From Moniliella sp. 'wahieum' (Eukaryota), in assembly GCA_003971905.1 (NCBI GenBank), contig RSEE01000004.1, positions 1,116,001 through 1,180,000 of the forward strand: 64,000 nt of DNA. The letters run 5' to 3'. Made by a program: the position numbers and the translations under genes. The notes beneath the pieces are model-generated. The model saw only the letters and a list, made by a program, of their open reading frames with translations. It searched no databases and had not been told where the DNA came from. This document shows, piece after piece, positions 62,003 through 64,000 of this stretch. Numbering within the stretch: position 1 is the first letter of the stretch; each line of letters begins with the position of its first letter.

Positions 62003-64000
62003 TTACCCGCCCAACAGGGGATGGTCATGTAGATGGTGCTGCAGACAAAGCGAATGGTCGAAGCAATGGCGACCCAGACTAAAATGACAAGCATGTACAC
62101 CTTCTGAAGCGAGGCGGTACTCGAGTCGAACGCGCTGCCGCGCTTTCCTCCCGATAGGATCACAGCCATAAGCAAAGATTGGACAGACCCAAGCCAAACG
62201 ACGTTGGTGCGGACGTTGCGATAGTAATCCATCTGCTTCAACTGCTGTTCCTCGACCGAAGGGGGACCCTGGACAATGACCGGACGATCCTTGAGGTTGA
62301 TCAGGGCATCGTGGTAGGCGGCATCAATGTCGGCTTGCCCGTTGGGCAACACCAGTTCCACCACTCCTTTTCTCCCTTCTTGCCACAACGGCCCGGCCCA
62401 AGTCGTTGGAGACGGAATGGTCGCCCTTGGTCCCCCACGAAAAGTCGTGCAAATTGCAAAACGCATACACGTTGAGAATGTTGGCCATGTCGGACTCAGG
62501 AGCATGTACTGCAACATGCTGGTGAACAGGTAGGACGGGTCGAGCGCAATCAAAGAGGCAGCGACATAGACGCCATACGTGGAGAGTACAGAGTAATCAT
62601 CTCAGCGTAAATGCCGGTATGTTCGCCCCCGAGTACACGGACAAAGCAGATCACAGCCGCAATGAGCATGTACACCATCAGTACGGCAAAAATCGCTGCG
62701 ACCGTGTAGTACTTCCATTTCGAGCCTTGGGGCCGGTTTCCAAGAGCAAAGATGAAGCAACTAACCAGTGACCCAATGTAGACATACTGGGTGATGGTGT
62801 GAGCACGTTGATATGAGGAAGATGAAACTGGGGGCCTCAAGACCTTGGGTGAGGATCACAAAAAAGATGAACATGTTGCCTACTGTGAACCAGGAAAAGA
62901 CAAGATTTAAGAGGTTGTAAAGGGCTTGGATGCCCAGCATGGCTTTGCGCATGGGTGTGTGCCCGCTCGCACCTAGTTGACGTGTATGAACCAGGGCGTA
63001 TAAGCCAGCAAAGAAAGATCCGTTGAGCCAACGCCTCCGCTGACTGATCAGCTCCGCCAGGTCTGTGGGCACGTCCGTCACCGCTCGAGCCGACTTGACG
63101 TATTTGAGAACCCACCCCGCGTTCCGCTTGGCTGCCAACTCAAAGCACAAGATACGATCCTCGGCCATGTACATGTTGGAGGTGAACACGTCGGCTTCAG
63201 CGCCCAAGAGCGTCTCGCCTTTAAAGTACGAGGCCAATGGTCCCTTGCCGTCCTCATCGTTTGGAGGGCAATGTACCCGGTAGGCTGAAAATGCACCAGG
63301 TAAGACGGAAATGAAGCCAAAGACAGACTCGGTAGTTTTGTCCAAGATGTTGGAAATCTTGTACTCAAAATTTTGTGCTGCCACGAGCGGGTTAAGCAGG
63401 GCAGGTCCAATCCCCCACTTGCCCCTGGTATCAGCGCAAATCTCCCGCAGGCACCAGCCACATTTGAGTTGATATCGAAGGACTTCCACAAATGGTACAA
63501 TGACTTGGGCTCCGGTCGAGTTCCCACGTCCAGAAGCAGGCAAACGTTGGGCTCAAGCACACGAGAGAAGGGTTGAAAAACCAACGGTGAGAGTTAATCT
63601 TCTTCTGGTTATGCTCCTTGAGACAAAAGATGATTTGACAGGGAACCAGTCCTTTTCGGCACCCTTGAAGCGCATGTTGGGATCCAAACTGAGTTGCGCA
63701 GTGTACTCATAGACGTGTGCCTTTACGACTTGGTCATTGACCGTGTTTTTGCCACCCCGTCTTGGTACACACCCAGGGCAGCCAGACAGTCGAGCACTCG
63801 GGGATGAATCTTCTTGCGCCCATCCGAAACAATTGCGACTACGACCTTTTGCCAACCATGCTGGCCCCAAGTCTTGCTGCGTGTGCGCGAACAAAGATGA
63901 GCAATGTTCTTCATCACACCGTGCATGGTCCGGGTAAAAACTGATGAGGAGGAATGGTCAGATATCCCGTCAGGCGGATGGTCGAGAAAAACACTTACGC
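62003..64000 (-). CDS. Chitin synthase (division 1, class I-III), 5' part outside the window
   Basis: [87 protein letters not shown]. Confidence 0.97.

Noticed and set aside
3233..64000. Frameshifts in almost every gene (mass pseudogenisation or programmed frameshifting)
   Set aside because: They are single-base losses, mostly in short homopolymers, and hit essential genes (eIF4A, RPL16, IPI1, Dsn1) with no excess of in-frame stops; best explained by long-read consensus error.

Overview
Eukaryotic, GC-rich, intron-poor fungal DNA, most likely a basidiomycete yeast or smut relative (inferred from gene style, not established). Nearly every long gene is broken by 1-nt deletions, including essential ones (eIF4A, uL13, Ipi1, Dsn1). 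I read these as uncorrected long-read assembly errors, so CDS coordinates are approximate spans across frames. Recognisable genes: thioredoxin reductase, MATA-type HMG-box factor, sodium:solute symporter, eIF4A, a secreted alpha/beta hydrolase, cytochrome P450, ORM1, head-to-head RPL32/RPL16, alcohol dehydrogenase, a makorin-like RING/CCCH protein, NADPH-P450 reductase, sulfide:quinone oxidoreductase, a GT32 mannosyltransferase, Dsn1/Mis13, Ipi1, chitin synthase, and two intron-containing tRNAs. The most notable non-coding signals are four. (1) A pervasive intergenic, mostly promoter-proximal 7-bp-period pattern, (T-N-A + self-complementary tetramer)n, which keeps its phase while switching palindromic cores. 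(2) A TPP riboswitch with a ~65-nt J2/4 insertion inside a 989-nt intron of the symporter, with alternative 5' splice sites and a candidate long-range pairing. (3) A three-copy ~240-bp repeat, two inverted copies of which flank the HMG-box gene. (4) Helitron-like and LTR-like remnants plus an orphan Copia-gag-like ORF.
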